Part shown: positions 58,948-64,000 of the stretch, in pieces
How positions within the stretch are numbered: position 1 is the first letter of the stretch
How the letters are laid out: each line of letters begins with the position of its first letter
DNA from: Amoebophrya sp. A120
Taxonomy: Eukaryota > Protista > Dinoflagellata
Length of the DNA: 64,000 bases
Assembly (NCBI GenBank): GCA_905178155.1
Contig: CAJINV010000006.1
Coordinates: 2,173,700-2,237,699, forward strand
Reading direction: 5' to 3'
Translations under genes and position numbers: made by a program
The notes under the pieces: model-generated
What the model was told of the DNA's origin: nothing
Databases searched by the model: none
What the model saw: only the letters and a program-made list of their open reading frames with translations

Positions 58948-61900
58948 CTACTGCTCCAGCTGCCGCCGCCTCCTCCTCCCACCCGTCTTCGACACCTTCT
59001 TAAATCGGAACGAAAAATCTAAATCATCTTCTTGCTGAGGCTGGCCCTGATAGTACGCACCACCGGTAGTTGTTCCCCGACTCACGAGATTCTTAGCTCC
59101 AAAACCCCCGCCTGCTCCATTCATCCCCCGTGGCGTTGGGGTCGCAGACGGGTTCTTTTGCTGAAATTCGAGTTCCTCTTTTAAAAACCTCGCTTCAAAC
59201 TCCCTGATTTTATTCCGCTTGTCCCATTTGATCCCCAAAGCATTGTCGTCCTCCGGAGGTTCGAATAATTGCACAGAGCCCGACGAGGACAACCCAGCAG
59301 ACCTCCGGGATCCTCCGCCGGTCAAGTAGCTCTGCGGCGACGTTGTTGTTGACAGGTCAATCGTCCCAGAATTTTTGCTATGATCCACTGCTAGCCCCTG
59401 CAGCTCGTATTCGAAATCATTCATCCGGGAGCTCTTCCTGCTACCACTTTTTAGCCGCTCGTCAAAACTGTGGTTATCTACATTCGAGTTCGCTGATTTT
59501 TGACTCCGGCTTAGCGTGCTGTTGTGACTGGCTTTCCGATCTTTTTTCGAGAGAAGATACTCTTCTTGTTCCTCTTCCGCGTCAACACTGGAGTTTTGCG
59601 AAGATGGTCCTTCTTCTTCTTCTTCGTCCAAAAACCCATTATTTCCTGCTCTCATCCGGCAGAATTCTTGAAATTTCTCCCCAAACCGTTCCTTCGGATT
59701 GGACGCATTGATGCTGTAATTGCTGTAATTCCCACTCTTCTGTACCATGTTCTGCCTCACCGACACCAGCTGCTTCGCAATCTGGTCGCATTTCGGCCTG
59801 ATACTCGGTTCCTTCTGCAAGCACTTTTTGAGCAATTTCAGCCACCACACGGGCAGTTTCTCCTGTAAATGCGGGTAGTTCGCTTGCAACAGCCGTTGTA
59901 GGTAGTTCTCTTCCGCGAAAATCTGAACCCCGAGGTGAATCAACTTTGCGGTCGGCGCACCATAAAAGCCGTCGCAGGACAAAGAGTTCTCCTGGTGCTC
60001 GCCGAACTTGTTATTGTTCTGCTGGAACATCAGCAGGTCTAGATTCTGTGCAGCTCGTGGGGAGAAGGTGAGGGAATCTGTGGTTCGAATCCCGCTGAAA
60101 CTCTCAGTGGTTTCTAAAAGAAGTTGCTGGTCGAGAAGAATCTTGTCGTCGTCGAAGTCATCCACTGATTTCAGCTTGTTTTTCATCTTCTTGTTTTGCT
60201 GACCGGTTTTGCGCCCCGTGGCTCTTGCTGTCGTCCCATCCCCTTTGTGTAGTTGACCCTCACGTGGCGAAGCGGTCGCTGGAGAAATTTTTTGCTCACC
60301 GTGGTTTTGCCAATAATCCACCGGCACCCGGCTTCTTCTCTGCTTAATATCCTGTAAATCCCAGAGGAAATCTCCGGTCAACAGCTCAAACAACACGCAC
60401 CCAATCCCCCAAACGTCAATTTCCCGGCCGTAGCTTGACCTGCCGAGCAGTTCTGGCGCTTTGTAACAGTCCGTTCCGACTTGCGAATGGAGCTGGGGCT
60501 GCTCGAGATTTTGAAATTGCGCAGCTGCAGGAACAGGACCTCCAGCAGGTCGTGGCAAGCTGTTCCCCATCGAGGAGGAGAGTCCAAAATCCCCAAGTTT
60601 CAAGGTCAACGGCCCGATTTTGTCCAAAAAAGTAGAGCCGGTATAAAATTTGTTAGAAGAGGACGTAGATGCACCCGGAGAAGAAGTCAAAAACACGTTC
60701 TGACTCTTCACGTCGCGGTGAATCACGTTTTTGGAATGGCAATACGCAAGAGCGGCAACGAGCTGCTGCAGGTAGTTGAACACCTCGAACTCCGTAAACC
60801 ACTCGTAGTAGTTGTCAATGTGGTCTTTCAAATCTCCCCGGTCGCAATATTCCATAATCAGGTAGTACTCGTAGCCGGAGTTACCACTGCCACGTGGTGA
60901 GAGAGAAGTCGCACTAGCGGTTGTGCCATTTTTGTTTTCACTGTCTTTGTTGTGCACGAAATCGTCAATGTACGCCACGTATGCATTGCAAATATGTCTG
61001 GGCCTCGAAGAATGCAAGTCTGTCATGCTTGGCTGACAAGACAGAAAAGTCTGTCATGCTTGGTGCGTTACAGTGCCACTTGTCTGTCATGCAAAAAGCC
61101 ACTTTTCATGCGATTCACGCTAGACATAGCCGCTCAGAAACTTGTCATGCGCGCCCCTCTACTACAGGTACAGGTTGCGTATCATTCGGACATTAGCATC
61201 ACAACTTTCCAGACCCAGACATATTTGCAATGCATACCACGACATTCGGGTGCTGCAGTCTCCGTAACTCTTTCGCCTCCTGTTGAATTCGCTGCAGGTG
61301 ATATCCACTGCAAAAGTATCGCACTCCTCGTAGTCTAAAAATCGCAATCATGCATTACACATCTTCATCCCAAGGCAAAACAGCATGACAAATTCCATTT
61401 GGATTTGAGCTATATTTGTAACGCAATTACAACTCAGCTGCACGATACGTTTGCAATTCGTAGGTGCGCGATGTTTTCGATTTTTGGAGTGCGTTTCGCG
61501 ACGATGTAGTTGGGTTTGTGTGATGTTGTTTTCGCCGCAGACGCCGGGCTGGCACTACCGCCACCAACGTTTTTGCCGTTCTTGTCGGTTGCACCCTTGT
61601 TCCCTCGGCTGCCGCTCCCTCTAGTTGCGCCTGGCGTCGTGCTCGTGGAGACCTGTGCTGCTGTAGTCCCAGCACTACCCGGAGTTCCACGTTCCCGGAT
61701 CAAAAACACTGACGCGTAGCCGCCTTTTCCCAACAACGTTTTCTCCTCATGTTCTTCCACATATTCATATTTCTTGGTACAAAACGGGCACTTGCAGCTG
61801 TGTGAATGGTCGTCGTGGTCATTGCCAAAGTCGTAGAACCGGAGGAGGTTGGTGTCCTTGCAGAGATAGTACACTCCGATGCAAGCAAGAATGGTGAGAA

Positions 61901-63050
61901 TCAAGGTGTTCCATAAAGGTAATTCGACGGATAAATGGGTCGAGTTCTTCAGAAGTAACAACAGGCTCATGAGGTTGGGCTTGACGAATTCTGTCGCGTC
62001 TTCCTCGAAGTTGTATCTTTCCGTTGCGGGTGGCGACGAGCGGCGGTTGTCTACTCCTGGTGGATGTCGATTGGACGAAGCGCCGACGTCTTTGCGCCCC
62101 GAAGACGCAATGTCAAAATGGTCCCTACTCCGGCTGGTCTTTTGCCTTTCGTGATTCTGCCCGGGGGCGTGGAGCGCGTCGTCGTCACGACCGTCGGACA
62201 CCGAAGCAAGAGTCGCTCTTGTTCTTATGCGGGGTTGAAGAACGGCGTCTGAATATTCTACCTCACCGCCATCCTGTACAGGTCCATCCTCTACCACCGT
62301 TGCCACATCCTCATCGCTTTGATCGGTACTTTTCGGCAAAATATTATCAGAAGGTGCTGAAGACGTAGAAGCCGCTGCGCCACTGACGTAAAACTGGTGC
62401 TCATGAAAATTCCGCGGCCCACCGGTCTGTTGTTCAGGCGGTGGTGCCGTTGCGTGCGTCGTGGTAAAAACCGTGGCTGTGCCTGTGTCAGCGTGCGGTG
62501 AGACGATCTTCTCGTGGTAGTTACCATCGAAGTTCCTCCCTCCTCCATCTCTCGCAGCTGCAGCATTTGGGTCGACATACAGCAGGCTTTCGAATGTTTG
62601 AGTTTGACCGCTTCCAAGATTACTAGGCAAATACACGTGGTTAAAAATTTGCTCTTCAGAGCCACTTCTGGGTCCCGCAAGCTGCTGTGCCCTGGATGTT
62701 GATGTAGTTCTAGCAGTAGCACTGGCTCCAGAGGAGCCGTTCCAACCTGTCTCGTGGCCGCCCAAGCACGGCCGCGGTACCAAAACGATGATCACGATCA
62801 GAAAGAAGGAGGACGGCGAGGTAGAGGTTGTTCCTGAGAAGTAGGTGGAGAAGAAATTTGTATTGCCGGAAGTGGTGGTGGAACTCGAACTGCAAGAATC
62901 GCTATAAGAAGAAGGAGGTGGCGGGGTCCCCTTTCTCCAAAGCAGATTTTTTCCAGTCGTGCTGGCCTCCGCATCTACTTCCAATGCAACGGTTCTTGGT
63001 TCGCCATCCGGAGAAGACGAGAAGCACTGCTGGTCTTTAAGCTGCAACAT
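58948..63050 (-). CDS. NEK/NIMA-like Ser/Thr protein kinase with N-terminal hydrophobic segments, 3 exons
   Basis: LGKGGYASV, IVAK, |QRIQQEAKELRRLQHPNVV|AYIDDF, LIMEYCDRGDL, HRDVKSQNVFL, LKLGDFGLS, VGTDCYKAPE, DVWGIGC. Confidence 0.9.
60980..61236. mobile_element. Introner family B
   Basis: B-type TIR; DR CCACG; removal restores kinase HPNVV|AY. Confidence 0.92.
61302..61462. mobile_element. Introner family A
   Basis: A-type TIR; DR GGTGA/GGTGC. Confidence 0.87.
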
Positions 63051-63945
63051 TATGATCAGGAGCAGGTAGACGTCTTTCGCTAGTACATAATTGTCGAACG
63101 ATCGAAAAAACCGAGCCGCTATTTCCAGGGTCTTCGGTGGACGTCGACGCTCCCAATTTGAATTTCTATACGCAGCCTCGTCATTAATGTGTCAACATTT
63201 GAGGGGGAGTTTCAGTTTTGAGTCGATCTCGCGGTTTAATGTGCCCTCAAACGGAAATTTTATGATCTGGGTAGAAATAATGACATCCTCATCACCAACG
63301 GAAAGGGTACAAAGTACTGTTCTATCTTCACGGCGAATAACCATATCCAAATTTTTTCGATTAGTTACAGAAACAGCACGGTGGGTAATACTACTTGTAC
63401 TTACTGTTACTACTGAATACGTCCTTTGCTTTTGCGTGGGAGCCGTTCGGGGAGGAAGGGAGGTTGGGTTTGGGTTTACACGTCGGGTCGTAACTGAGCG
63501 GAAAAGATGAAAAAAAGATCGCGTTTGACTGACAATGTCAGATCGTTTTTAGCTGTTGCAAGCTCGTCTCCGCCTGCTTGGTTCCTGCTAACAAGCTCTT
63601 CTCGTGTTCACAACAAAAAAAGTACCGATCCTTCCTGAGTCGTATCCACGCTCCTTGCGTCTGCGTAAAGTAAAGATCATCTATCGAAATCATCATATAG
63701 TGTGTGTGACGGCCGCTGCGACAGATCACGATCCTTGTCTCCGTCTGTACATGATCATTGCGAACTGCTAGTACTTATCCCGATCTGTGGGCGCCCCTTC
63801 CATCTCACTTGCTTTCGGTTGCCAGGGGTGCCAGTAGAAAAGAGACTGGAACAGATGTATCCAACAACTTCAGACCAGAAAGGTAATAGCCAGGACCTCC
63901 AGCTTCTTCATAGCCTCGTATTAACGCTGAGTGGCTTTTCCTGTT

Positions 63946-64000
63946 CTACTTTGTCCGCGCACAGAGATAGTACACTCCAATGCAAGCGAGAATGGTGAGG
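63946..64000 (-). other. Partial duplicate of the kinase transmembrane-coding segment (runs off window)
   Basis: CAGAGATAGTACACTCC.ATGCAAGC.AGAATGGTGAG matches about 61861-61898; encodes LTILACIGVYYLC then ARTK*. Confidence 0.7.

Noticed and set aside
3277-61236. Recurrent 25-30 bp repeats as a CRISPR array
   Set aside because: They are dispersed inverted pairs bounding introns in eukaryotic genes, not regularly spaced direct repeats; no cas genes.
1-64000. Dinoflagellate spliced-leader (CCGTAGCCATTTTGGCTCAAG) gene or relics, tRNA, rRNA
   Set aside because: No convincing match seen by eye; only short partial strings such as TTTGCTCAAG near 58900.

Overview
Eukaryotic genomic DNA, most consistent with a syndinian dinoflagellate such as Amoebophrya; this is inferred from gene and intron architecture, not from a marker gene. 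About nine intron-rich host genes are all on the minus strand: a SAM-methyltransferase-like protein, a coiled-coil protein, PTPA, AK7, two unknowns, a DnaJ (DNAJC11-like) protein, a Gln/Met-rich protein and a membrane-anchored NEK-like kinase. Their coding sequences are interrupted by roughly 50 MITE-like introner elements of about 110-300 bp in at least 7 TIR families. Nearly all have TAT...ATA ends and a variable 5-bp direct repeat. At the junctions I translated, removing the element plus one repeat copy restores the reading frame, usually without GT-AG ends and in either element orientation. The standout feature is an 11.4-kb element (31321-42758) with about 200-bp near-perfect TIRs, the same TAT...ATA ends and a 5-bp TSD. 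It carries a twin PD-(D/E)XK nuclease gene and a large multi-exon gene with tyrosine-recombinase-like motifs, and is a candidate autonomous mobiliser of the introners. An empty-site paralog (50341) supports the 5-bp repeat being a true TSD. All protein assignments are by-eye motif recognition; no searches were run.
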